A stretch of 64,000 nucleotides of DNA from Paramecium tetraurelia (taxonomy: Eukaryota): positions 124,001 through 188,000 of the forward strand of contig CT868649.1 in the NCBI GenBank assembly GCA_000165425.1. The letters run 5' to 3'. Below are positions 12,668 to 25,545 of the stretch, piece by piece. Numbering within the stretch: position 1 is the first letter of the stretch; each line of letters opens with the position of its first letter. Position numbers and translations under genes: made by a program. The notes beneath the pieces are model-generated. The model saw only the letters and a list, made by a program, of their open reading frames with translations, was not told the DNA's origin and did no database searches.

Positions 12668-13817
12668 TCATTTAGATTACTTTGTTGTAGTCGTCGTAGT
12701 GATTACTTAGCTACCCTAATAATTAAGATATCCATTAAATATACTTTAGTTCCAGCTCCTCCTTATTTTTTAATGTGATCCAACTCAGCTTCAGTTAACA
12801 TTAATTTTTCCTATTAATCGTGAAATTGAGCATTTAAAGCCAAAAATTTATCCTTCCAACTCTTCAACTCCTTTCTAACAGTTTCAACTCTTTGTTCAAT
12901 GATCTCCTCCTATTCATCCTACATACCGTCCATTTCATTATTGAGTTCTTCAATTTGGCCTTCTAATTCCTTTATCTTTTCATCCTTCTCATGCACTTAA
13001 TCCTTAAAGAAGTTCAATTAGGATAATAGTTGGGAATTCTCCTATCTATATCTTTCCATTTATAAAATTGAATCCTGTAATTAACTCTCTAAATCAGATA
13101 TCCTCTTTAAATAAAGCTTCAATTATTCGGAATCGTCATTGGCTATTAAATTGCTATTGATTGATTTATACCAACAGGAACTTGAGAAGCAAGCAAAGCC
13201 TTCAATCTTTCGATTTCTTTGTCTTGTTATTCAATTTTCTTTTTTAACTCAGCAGTATTATCAGTACAGACATGATTTTTCAATTACTCTTAAATAACAT
13301 TATTTTAGATATTACATTTCAATTTTTCCAATTCACTAAGATTGTCATTATACTTTTATAATAAATCTTCATAATCCTCCTTAGTCTTATACAATTCTAG
13401 TTGGAGTTGAGAGATCTGTCTTTCCAAATCTTCAGTGTCTGCACCAGCTCTTAATTCAAGCACAGGTTCTTGGAAATAACATTTAAAAATAACCTGGAGC
13501 CTAAATAACTGGCTATGGTTTTTGTTTTTAGAGTTCTCTTAATTGCTTTTCAAGGTCCTCGACTTTTTTTCTCCAAATGTCATCATACTATTCCAAATCG
13601 ACCACATGAATTGGTCTTTGCTATAAGTGAACATTTAAATTGATTTAGTACTCTCACAATTTATGGTTATGGTTATTACACTTGGATCAGAGATTAATAC
13701 ATAGGTGTTGTTGCGATCAGTGGTACTGATTAAACCGAATAGTTTCTAACCATTAATTTTATATTACAAGGGCACCAAAGGAGCGGGTGATATTTAGACG
13801 AATCCAGAATGTCTCAT
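12668..13817 (-). CDS. Coiled-coil protein of unknown function (distant paralog of 3530-4490)
   Basis: MRHSGFVQISPAPL...QRPIHVVDLEQYDDIWRKK...KELKSWKDKFLALNAQFHDQQE; several tiny introns; TGA at 12668-12670. Confidence 0.75.
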
Positions 13818-14030
13818 TTAGCAATTAGAGTTTAGAAATAAAATATATTATTAAATATACGTTTTATCAATATCGAATATAAGTACTTCTAAGTAATAAA
13901 TGGATCAAACCCATGGCTATTTGAGTGTTTCCTCATCAACCATAAATTGATTTTTGACCATCCGAATACCTTGATAATAATTGGATAATTTTGGTTATTT
14001 TTAATAAGAAATATAATTAATTATTAATTA

Positions 14031-14765
14031 ATGGACGCAGACATATTCAGAGAGATGTTTCCTTCAGATTATATCAAAAGATTTCTGGAGAAAAATGTTA
14101 GAATAGACGGGAGATAATTTAAATAGCCCAGATAGATTGTTATTGAATTTGGAGAGGGATTAACTAATTATTAATATGCAGATTGCTTTATTTCAGTCAA
14201 ACACGTAATTAGAGAGATAGAGTTAAAGGAAGTGGATCTAAATTAGTGCATTAGTATTAGTATGTAATGAGACTAAGGATTATCGATTATTATGGATAAT
14301 CAGGAGGAATTAAGCAATATAGATAAGGTCAGAATCGAAAAGCATTACCTAAATTAAATATACGATGTCGTACTCCAGATTGTGGATCCTTAAAGATTGA
14401 GAAATCAGAATGGCAAAGTCTAATAAATTGAATTATATATCAGAGTTGCTGGGGCTGATGGATCATTATTGTCCCATCTGATCAACTGTGTTTCGTTTTC
14501 CTTATAGCAAAGTAAATTTGAGAGATTAAATATCTTAGTTAAACATTTCGAGACTTAAAATTCAATAGTGTACAAGGAGATCAAATGTTAAACCTTTGCC
14601 GTGTTTGAAGATCAAATATTTACAGACCCCTCTGATTTTGAGGAGAAGAATTCTTCAGTTATTTCAGTGATCCACATTTAAGGAGATGAGCAGTTCATAC
14701 TTAAGAAGCACGATGGCAAACCACTGAATTATAATTTAATATAATAAGTTATTTAATTATTTTGA
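14031..14765 (+). CDS. RRP43: RNA exosome core subunit RRP43/EXOSC8-like (RNase PH family)
   Basis: IFREMFPSDYIKRFLEKNVRIDGRQF, GADGSLLSHLINC and FAVFEDQIFTDPSDFEE match RRP43 hallmarks. Removing one 24-nt intron restores the frame. Confidence 0.75.
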
Positions 14766-14869
14766 GTAATTAAAAAATTCTTTTTACAAATAAAATAGTA
14801 TAAAAATGTAAATATTAATCCTGCAAATTTGATTTAATCTTATATATTTATTAATTCAAGAGAGTGATA

Positions 14870-15619
14870 ATGGGAAATGAATGTAAACAATGCACAACAG
14901 ATGTTCAATCTGTGGGTTTTCAATCGTAGCACAATGTCATAACTTAATCCCACCAATATAGTTTTGGAATGAATTGCATTGATCATGATCTTAATTTTGA
15001 GTACTCCAGCCTTGATGTTCCTACTGTTCCATAATTTGGGTTTGAATAACAAAAAATTAAAGCTGATCTTTTCCCTCCTCAAGCCTTAAGAGTGGCATCC
15101 GAAGATTCAAATATGTCTTTCTTTGACCTTGAAGAAACTGTAGAGTAGCAAATCAACTCACCAAATAACTGCGCTATTTAGCTCTAGAAGAATTCAAGTC
15201 AAGAGGAAAATTCGATTGTTTAGTATACAACGAAAATGAAATAGACGGCTGGAAGCAATTTGGCAACTTCTTTAGAAGTCCATATTCAATAATAATAAAC
15301 ATCTCAGAGATCAATTCAGAAATAAAGATAACTATTTTGGGATTCCAGAACAGTAAATAAGGAATTACAATAAAATAAAAAAGCAAACTAAACCTTCATA
15401 TCTTAATTAGAATACTTTGATTAATTGTGTTCCTCAAGGAAAGAAAAAACTATGGTTTACATCCCATTAGAGTTGAATAAGAATAGAGACAATAAGAAAC
15501 AAATGAAGCAAAGTGAAAAAAATTTAAATCTTAATTAAAAAATATAGGATGAATTTCTTCAATAGAAAATTAATGAACATTACAACATATAGTAAAGTAA
15601 ATTTCCTAATTGTGAGTGA
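14870..15619 (+). CDS. Hypothetical low-complexity protein with MGNEC myristoylation-type N-terminus
   Basis: Intronless 250-codon ciliate-code ORF (MGNECKQCTTDVQ...) ending TGT GAG TGA. Confidence 0.65.
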
Positions 15620-15945
15620 CAATCCTTTGAATTTAAATACAGAATGATATATATAACTAAAACAATTACATAAAGAATCAATTATATACTACTTTATTTT
15701 AAGAATTATCTTTACACAATTCCATCCAGCATTAAATTCTAGATGATATACATTTTTTAGATAATGTCATTATTGGTATTCTAAACATCATTTATAATCA
15801 ATTCTTTCTCAGGGTATTGGAAAAATTTCTTCATTTTATTAATTAATTTAGATATATCCCAGTAATTAGCTATTATTTTTTCCTTAAATTTTATCATATA
15901 AATTGCGAGTGATATGATTAAATTATATTTAAATTTTTATAAATA

Positions 15946-17350
15946 ATGCAACAATAGGAAAAATAACAGGAATCCAGTGATGAGGAAATAGAAGTGTAAG
16001 GCGAAGAAAAATAATAGCAACAATAATAACAGCAACTCAATGTTGTATAGAAGTAAACCCAATACAATCAATAATTGTTGGATAAATTGAATAAACCACA
16101 TTAATTTTGGGAAACACAGCCTATGCCAAATATTAATGAGTTGGAATCCTTAAAGGCTGGTCCTATTTAAGAGGGAATTTTAGCTGATGTTAGAAAGGAT
16201 CCCTATAGTTTAATCTCTAAATTTGAATGGTGTAATGTCGATTTGAGAAATGATGAACAAGCCTAACAAGTATTCCTATTTCTTTAATTTAGGTATATAC
16301 ATTGTTGAAAGAAAACTACGTCGAAGATGATGATAACATGTTTAGATTCGATTACTCAATTGACTTTCTGAGATGGGCGTTGTTGCCTCCAGGACAACAC
16401 CCCGATTGGATTGTGGGGGTTAAGGTAAATTAAAAGCTGGTTGGATTTATTACTGGAATCCCAGTTACATTACATATTGAGAATTAGTAAACAAAAGTTA
16501 AGATGACAGAAATCAACTTCCTATGTGTTCACAAAAAAATCAGAGCAAACAGATTGGCTCCAGTTTTGATCAAAGAAATTACAAGAAGAGTCCACATTAA
16601 AAACATGTGGCAAGCAGTCTATACAGCTGGAATAGTTGTACCCACTCCAATTTCCTAAACAAGATACTATCACAGAAGCTTGAATGCCAAGAAATTAATT
16701 GAAGTTGGATTTTCATCTCTTTCTGCAAGACAAACCATTGCAAGATAATAAAAACTCTACAAATTGCCTGAAGAGCCAAAAACCTAAGGATTGAGACCTA
16801 TGAAAAAAAAAGATGTAGCTTAAGTTACTAAATTATTAAATGAATATTTGAAGTAATTTAAATCTTTTTATTTTAGATAATTCAAATTGTATTTTAAATA
16901 TACTGAAGATGAAGTCAAGCATTGGTTTTTACCAAGAAAGGATGTAATAAGCACATACGTTGTTGAAAAAGAACAAGGAGTGGTTACAGATTTCTTATCT
17001 TTTTATAATCTTCCAAGTTAGGTGATTAAAAATCCAAAACACACACATTTAAGAGTAATATATCATTTCGATATCATCAAAGGCTGCCTACTCGTATTAT
17101 AATGTGGCTACTTAAACTCCAATTGTATAATTAATGTATGACGCATTGATCCTAGCAAAAAATGAAGGTTATGATGTATTCAATGCTTTGGACATTATGG
17201 AAAATGAAAAGTTTTTGAAAGTATCTGTTTTGATAATGTTAGGAATTAATGTTCTGTCCAGGTGATGGGTAATTGAATTATTATCTATACAATTGGAAAT
17301 TGGAGAGTAATATGCTTAAACCAGAAGAAATAGGAATTGTTCTTGTATGA
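15946..17350 (+). CDS. NMT: Glycylpeptide N-myristoyltransferase
   Basis: [75 protein letters not shown]-terminal GIVLV*; four tiny introns. Confidence 0.97.
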
Positions 17351-17380
17351 GTATTAAATAATATACAAATATAAAATTCA

Positions 17381-18089
17381 ATGTCTGATGCATATAGAAG
17401 TAATTTAGAAAGAATTTAAGGATTGATCTAATAATTAAGATCTGACATACAGAAAAGGGAATAAAAGTTTAATGCCAACCAACCTGTTGGAATAATCGAC
17501 GGAGAAATCAGAGGACTCATCTCTAAGATAGGTATCCGGATTTCATTATATATTCAAAGAAAGAGAAATAGAATTGTTGAAATCCCTTATTGAGAGGCAA
17601 AACTAAAATTAAGAAATATTGTAGAAAGAAGGAGAAACAAGAAAAAATAAATTATTGGAATTGTAGAATGTAGCTGCGGAATTAAAACAAACTTTTGACA
17701 AATCTTTGAGATCTAAACAGGATTAATTATTTGACAATAGGTCTAATGGGGGTAAGCAATATAAAGACACAGAGACATTATAACAAATGGATAATAAATA
17801 ATTGCATTCAAATTAGAAACAATTACAAAAAGAGTAAGAATAGAAACTTGACGTATGCATAGATTAATTGGATACTCTCAAAGTGTAAAGTAAAAACATT
17901 GGGAATACTGTGGACGAATAAAATAGATTGCTTGGAGAGATTGAAAAAGATATGGACAAAACAAATAAGGAAATGATCAATGTAAATGGAAAATTGAAAA
18001 AGTTTCTAAACTCATCATCCTACTGTTGCCTATATCTATTTATAGCATTGGAATTAGTTGGATTAGTAATGATTATTCTTTTTGTATGA
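17381..18089 (+). CDS. Qc-SNARE (syntaxin-8/SYP5-like)
   Basis: SNARE motif QEQKLD...IGNTVDEQNRLLGEIEKDMDKT and C-terminal TM CCLYLFIALELVGLVMIILFV*. Confidence 0.85.
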
Positions 18090-18252
18090 ATAAATAAAAA
18101 TTAAATCATGCACTTTAACAGGTCTATTATAAATTTAGGTATTAATCATTAACGCTTTATATCGGATTCTGTTTTAATTCATAGAAATTGAATAAACTTA
18201 TAGCGAATTAACCCATAATTTTTATTATTTTATTAAAAAATCGTTTTTACAA

Positions 18253-19565
18253 ATGAATAAGTCGTTCTTATTCTTATAAGTAATAATTTGCTTGTCAGTT
18301 GCAGTTAATATGTAATTTTGAATTGTTGATTATAAGCCAAAATGACTAGAAATTCTTAGAACCTGAAAAAAAGAAGGTAATTCATATTCAATTACAAGAA
18401 AGAGAAACCAAGGTCTAAGATAAATAAGACTTCTATAAACTAGTTGCTATGAATCAAGATAAATTAAGTGAGTCTTCCTTTGCCTAAACACAGCAATCAG
18501 GTCCTGAATATATGAGAATGCATAATTACAAAAATATTCAATACACTGCTGACTTAGGAATAGGCTAACCTGGAAACACATTCAAAGTTGTATTAGATAC
18601 AGGAAGTGCTAACTTATGGATCGATTCAAATAGATGTTAAGAGGAAGGCTGCATGAGACACAAACAATATAATCACGAGGACAGTCACTCGTTTTTGCCT
18701 TTGAATTAAGAATTGAATGTTGAATTTGGAAGTGGTGATTTGAAAGGAGTTGTGAATGCTGATACTGTTTATTTTGGTGAAGTTACATTACCAAGATAAA
18801 ATTTGGCAGAGATTACAAGTGAAAATGGAGCAATCTTTAGAGATCTTGACTTCGATGGTATTCTTGGTTTGGCCTATCCAAAAATGGCACCAAAGAATTT
18901 CAATCCAGTTTTTGATAATCTCATGGATTAAAGAGTTTTGGAGAGAAACTAATTTTCATTCTATTTTGCTAAAGATGCAAATGACATTGCTCATAGTGAA
19001 TTTACTTTGGGAGGTTACAATCCAGCCCATGTAGATGGAGATATTCATTATCATGATGTTATTGACAAGTACTATTGGATGATTAAAGCTGATAATATTT
19101 TGGTAGATAACAAAGATATTGGTTTATGTCATGGATCTTGCAGACTTATTGTTGATACTGGAACATCAATCATGAGTGGACCCTTTGATGATTTGGGTAC
19201 CTTGTTGAGAACCTTGAATGTAAAATCTCATTGCCATGAAATCAATACTTTACCTACAATTACATTTAAGATTGATGATGTTGATTATACATTGGAACCT
19301 GAAGAATATGTCAAGCCTACTAATTTTGATGCAGCCTAATTGACAGAAGTTAATGAGGGAGATGATTTATGTAATTTCTAATTTAATTCTTATAGAGGCA
19401 TTAATTGAAGTTAACAACTGGGATTGTATAGCAGCCTTCATGCCTTTAGATATTTAATAACCTCAAGGACCTGCTTGGATTTTAGGAGACGTCTTCCTTA
19501 GAAAATATTACAGCATATACGATAGAGACAATGATTAAGTTGGTTTCGCTAAAGCTAAAAAATGA
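18253..19565 (+). CDS. Pepsin/cathepsin-D-family aspartic protease
   Basis: Signal peptide; both catalytic motifs present (VLDTGSANLW, IVDTGTS); FDGILGLAYP; WILGDVFLRKYYSIYDR. Confidence 0.95.
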
Positions 19566-20358
19566 TTTATTAATACATAAAATAAAAATTTGCTTAATAA
19601 AATACTTGATACCCGTAGGAGTTCTCCTGTCATATATTCATAATTAGATCACTTCGAATAAAGTTAGAAATTTATTAATAAATATTGGAGATGATGGTTG
19701 GAATTCTACAATTAAAATTTAAGACTTGTTATGTTTTATATTAATAGGATTTATGGAAGTTTAGATTATTTGAGAATGTCAGCCATTTATTTGGATTAAA
19801 TTGACAATCTAATTGAATATACAATCAAAGTATATTTTTAAGTATTTATCAAAAAATATCCTGAAATATTAATAATGATGCTAGAGTCTCAGATATCAAA
19901 TGGTAATAAAAAAGAAAATGGAAACTTAATTATCTAGATTCTCTTATTAAATATAGGCTATTTTATTTATTTTCAAAGTATTTTATAAGTTTTCATTCTT
20001 CAAAGTAAATAACTTATGTCAATCTTATTCAAATTAAGAATGTTTATAAATTAGGTTTCAATCATCAAATTACAAGAATAATACGAGAAGGGTATCAATT
20101 TTACTTGGATCTAATTTTGATAATAAGGGATGGAAGGGAAGTTTACTTTTCTGAACAGCAATATTTATTAATTTCAGATGAAGGAATTTATTGTAATTAT
20201 TGTAAATAGCTTAAAAATTGAAATTTAATACTTAATTAAGAATATTCATAAAAAACATATATAGAATTTATTGGATTTAATATTGAATTTATAAAGATAA
20301 TAGATTAATTTAATTGATATTAATTAATTGATTTAATAATAAAATTAACAAATATTCA

Positions 20359-22209
20359 ATGAGCAAAGAGGAATAGAGTCAATAAAATGAATAGCCATAT
20401 AAAAGGCAAAGAAGACCAAGGTAACACACCAATGAAGAGGAATCTAATTAATTTTGGAAAAACAATTAATATTTTGCTCAAGGGTAAATTGACGAGGGTG
20501 ATGATGAAGATTCGGAAGAATATTATCCATAGTAATCTTCTGCATCTGAAGAAATTTCAAAAGAAAATGATACAGGTGACTATATAGATTCTTTGGATTA
20601 ATGGTAAGATTGTTCAGATTCAAAAGTATAATTAAAATAATAGTAAGAATCGCCATCCAAAAGCTTTATCAAACTAATGAGAAAAAATCTAGAGCAATTC
20701 TCTACAATGAGAGGAGTGCATACATAAGTTGATATTGCTACTCTGCCTCGTTTAGGTGAGACATCTTACGTTTATTTTAATGAAGAGTAGAAATTTAAAA
20801 CTGAATTTCAAGATGTTCTAAATAGATTCTATAAATCTATTCCCTATTCTAAGAAAATTAAAAGGGAAGATGATTAAGTTAAATGCAAAACTGAGTTTCA
20901 CGGTGACTTATTTGATTTCGAAGATAAAAGATATTTTATTGATATTGAAATTTAGTAATTGCAAAGAATTTTGAAATTATACAAAACACAAAAGTTTGAT
21001 TCCTACCTTGCTTATCGTAAACTCACAAGAGATTAAAATTTGGATTTTTAATAATCAATTCAGAAATAATTAGATTTATTAAGATAAAAGAAAAGATAAA
21101 TGGATGCCTAATTGGAAGAAGAGAAAAGATGTTTCAATCTATCAATTGATTAATAATACATATTAAAATTGAAAGAATACACTAAATGTTTGACGCCTCG
21201 ATATTTTCAAAGCTAAAGTAATCTGAAGTATGAACAACTGTTATTAAATGAGAATCCACTCTTCCAAATATATCCATTTGATAAATAGCCTTAATGGCTT
21301 CTTTAATATCAGGAAACCTATAAAATTTTCAATTAGAAATTTTAATTACTTTAAGCTCCTCTTTATTTTTATAGTTTTTAAGATGCAAATGCTTTAAAGA
21401 TAGCTTCTCATCTCATTTTGAAATCCATAAAGTAATTGGAATAAGTATCCAAAAATAAGTTTATTGCCAAAATATTTGTTGATCTGATCAACGCTCTCTT
21501 TAATATTGACATTCCTGAAGCAGATCTGTTATTTAATACTGAGCTGTTGAACGAAGAAATTATCCACATCTTGACTACTTAAGATAAGTAAAACCTATTG
21601 AATTAACCTGAATAATATAAGCCATTTCCTACTCCTGATGACCCTGGAGTTCAAACTAAAACTAAATTGAGGTTTTATCCAAACTTCAAAATTGAAGAAT
21701 ATGCCCTTTATGGAAGACCTGTGTTTGAATTCTCAATGAGATATTTGTATGAAATCTATCTAAGAATATAAAGCATAACATAAATATCAACTAAAATAAC
21801 ATACAAAAATATAGAATATACGATTGGAAATTTAATTATGGAATGTTGCTATAAGTATTTAGAGGATGAGATTACATATGCAGCTTGGCTTACAATTTGC
21901 AAATCAATATTTAATGAACAGGATTCGATTTAATTTTAATCTCTAATTTTATTGGTTTAAATGTTTCGAAGATTATTTTATTAGTATGATGAATGGACAG
22001 TAGAATTATTAATCAATTGGATTTATAAGGTGTTGGGTGATGATAGTAAAATTGTGAATGATGATGTACAAATATCGAATGTGAGTGTTAAAGATATCTT
22101 GTCGAAATCTAAGAACAACGCAGAATTATCAAATGCCAAGATGACTAGAGTACAGACAGTAGATGGGTTGATGATCATTCATGTTTTTGAGTTTTCATAA
22201 TTGTATTGA
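20359..22209 (+). CDS. Sin3-like corepressor (HDAC-interaction and C-terminal domains, no PAH domains), 616 aa
   Basis: VDIATLPRLGETSY...QDVLNRFYKSIP...KTEFHGDLFDFEDKRYFIDIEI...FNLSIDQQ aligns with the Sin3 HID (IDYASCKRLGSSY...KEVLNDTWVSFP...KTQYEEHIYRCEDERFELD...KSLDHQ, from memory). Intronless. Confidence 0.7.
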
Positions 22210-22319
22210 AGAATATAAATTTATATGTAATTTAACAATAATTTTTAACATTAATTAAATTGTTAACTATTCAAAATTCATATGCTTAATCAATAAAGAT
22301 ATTCTCCAGTATCCCTATT

Positions 22320-23272
22320 ATGATTTATGTAAGGTCAATTAATCAAGATACCAAAAATCAAATGATAATCTTGGATTTTAGTACATTTTAAGTCACTACA
22401 TAAATGAATAAACGTGAATTGGCAGAGTTCAGAAAGGAAGTTAGAAATAACATTTTACATCGAGAACCATTCGTTGAACCTCAAGAAAAGCCAAGTCTCT
22501 ATTTAGGAAAATGGGGAAAACCTGATAGACCAACCCTGTAAGAAATCTTAATATTTAGCGAACCATTAAGTTAAAGGAGAACACCAAATAGCAAAATTCC
22601 AGGAGGGTTGAATTTCGATGAAATATTGTAATATATATTTTAATATTTAATAGTAGTTCAAAACGATTTGAACCTTAATCTAAAGCAGTACCCTTAAGCA
22701 AATTATACCAAGCTGATAAAGGCCCTTAGAGATAGTATAAGGCGGATTCGTTTTTTGATAACTCCTTTAGTAAACCCTCAAGAGTGAATACTTTAGGCTC
22801 TGGATACAAAGAATCTCCATAAAAATCACAATAAAGGTTGGAGAGATTTAAGAGTTGGGATAATATATTAGATGTTCAATTGAAACTGTAAAACAAGGCA
22901 ATCAGCAATACAGTGCTTGGAGAATAGCCAGGATTTTACAAATATATCAATGAAACAAAACAAGGACTCTTTGATTAACACTATGCTCCTGCACTGACAG
23001 TTAAAAACAAAGGCAGCAGTAGAGATCTTAGTTAGTTCTAAAACATCTACAGTGTAACTCCTAGATAAAATTAATCACGACATCTATCACCTTAGTTTAC
23101 AAATAAAAACTTAGAGAAAATTCCATTAACAGATATCGTTAGAATGACTTCACATTTTTCTTCGTTGTCCTCATAAGAAGTTAAGAAGGTTTCCTCTGGG
23201 TACTTTTAAGAACTCATTAATTTATAATAATCCTTGCAAAGAATGATTAGAATGGGAACCAACAATTATTGA
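22320..23272 (+). CDS. Hypothetical protein (start uncertain)
   Basis: Open frame ...QMNKRELAEFRKEVRNNILHREPF... with tiny introns at ~22538-22559 and ~22628-22653; ends MGTNNY*. Confidence 0.6.
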
Positions 23273-23316
23273 ATTATTAAATATTATTACTATTGATTTG
23301 GAAAAGTTTAATTTCA

Positions 23317-24601
23317 TCATAATTATTGACTTTTTTATTATATCTCTTATGATCTAGATAACAAAGTTTCCTAGCTTTACACTCCATATTAGACAAATGG
23401 AGTATTTATATAATACTGAGGAATATATGGCATAGGTAATTAAGTAGGGAAATAGTACATCATTTTGTATGGTTGTGCTGTACTATAAATTAATGGATAG
23501 TGAGCATAGCAGCTCTGTGAAAGATTGAGACTCTCTTATAGTTGATCCAATTTAGCAACTTAATCTTAATCTGCTTCTTACTTAACTTGACTTTAGTGGT
23601 TTGAGAGCTCTTCCTTTACAATATATTGATTCTGCATCGACCCCAATTTATCTTTTACTTGTGATTAACCTACACATTAGGGAATTAGCTTACTGAAGTG
23701 TTGTTTGTTGTTATCCTCAATTGATGTCATTTACAACCTAACTTTTTCTTTATCCAAATATTCATTTTCATCCTCATTGTCATTTTTCATCTTATATTCA
23801 TCCTATTTAATATTTGGCAATTTCTTTTATAAATTAAAATATTACTGTAATTCTTTTACGTATTTTTAGTTTGTCTATTGTCCTTTTGGCTGTTCTCCTC
23901 TGTTTATTATTTGTAGTTTCTTCCTGAATGGACTTCTATAACTCATTATTAGTTTTAGGAACCACATAATAGGGGTTCTCAATATTAAAATAACGCTTTC
24001 GAATGTACGAATAATATCTATTTTTTATTATGTTTTCCTAGAAATAACCATTTTTCATACAGGTCTTCCTTGTAATAATTTGGATATCTTGCACCATTTG
24101 GACCCAAAGTTTTTATAGCCCTCTACTATAATCATATCTTCTTCTGTTGTAAAAGGTTCTGAATTTATTTCTGGATTCAATTTATTTACAAATCTTTCCC
24201 TAACTTACTTACTAGTGCGATTAGGTATGCATTTGGCTATTTAAACCCAATTTTTCTTATGCACCTGGACTAACTTGAGTAGTAGCTAGTCTTCCTTGTC
24301 AGTCCATGGTTTGCGAATATTGTACTTGAATAAGAAATAACATAAGTACATTATAGGGTTTGATTCTTTTCCATCTCTATGCACATTGGGAAGGATTACG
24401 ATTTTGTAATGCCTATGCCACTAATAGCCAATTTGTGCTATGTAATTTTATGGCCTATTTGAGTTAATTGTCTTCTTTGAGTGACCAAGCTCTTCTTGTT
24501 TGGCTACTATTTTTTTAAAGTTCGTTGTTATCGCAGATATTCGAATGCACTTGATTCACAGAAGGTTTATCATCTGGTTCAAAAGATTGGGCTTAGTCCA
24601 T
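23317..24601 (-). CDS. Three-repeat Myb DNA-binding protein
   Basis: AWSLKED...CAQRW; PWTDKED...QVRERFVNKLNP; PFTTEED...GSKWCKISKLLQGRPENIIKNRYY; Q/P/Y-rich tail; TGATGA stop. Confidence 0.9.
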
Positions 24602-25545
24602 TATATTTATTTAATATTAATTCAAAAATCAATGAACACAATCTCTGCTAACAAAATTTCCATAAGACACGAAAATATTGTTACAATCTTCAACATAGCT
24701 TAACTATTTAAATAGTTAATTACTGTTCTACTTCAAATAATTCTAAATTTAAAATAGCTAACAAAAGGTTAAGTTGAAAAGTAATGTTAAGTTTAGACCA
24801 AACTCTTTTATTAATTCTTCAACTGAATCCAAATCTGAGCCGAAAGGGCTCTGAATGAAAGTATCCCATATTTAATTTAAAGTATATACCCTTGGTTATT
24901 AATTGTGACAATCCGTAGGAAAATTATCAACTACATTATTTATTCATATAAATTGTCAACTGATACCTTACTGCTAGACAAATTAGGATTCTATTGAGAA
25001 TTCTATCTACCAATTGACTAATTATTAGAAATTTCTACCGATATTCAATGATCTAACTTAATAAAATATGGTATTTTCATTTATAAGCCCTGTATGCTTG
25101 ATTCTAATTTGAATACTGAGTGTAGCATCAAATGAATTTTAGTTGTAATGGCACTTATTCCATTATGAAATTTAAACTAATAAAGGTGGAGAACAGAAGA
25201 ATATTTTCAAACGCATCATAAAACTAAGCTAACTTTCTTTAATTACTAAAAAATATTGATGACTAACCATAAATTGATCTGCTGATTTTGTTTTTAAAAA
25301 AAAATAATAATGGGAAATAAGGAAACTCATTGAATATAATTTAAAAATAATTGCGTTTTTTGCTCAAACCATATTGGATTGTGGATTTAATTTGAATGAA
25401 ATACTAAGTGGAGTAATTCGTATGCAGTTATAGCAAATTTTGAGGATGCTTACTGAATGAATCAACTTGTGATTAATTTTGTAAAAAACGCAATTATGCT
25501 AAAGAATGACGATATTAATATATTATTCATATATTAATTAAATTG

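Noticed and set aside
14870..17350. MGNxC-type substrate gene next to N-myristoyltransferase
   Set aside because: MGN-type N-termini are common (three in this window), so adjacency is probably coincidental.
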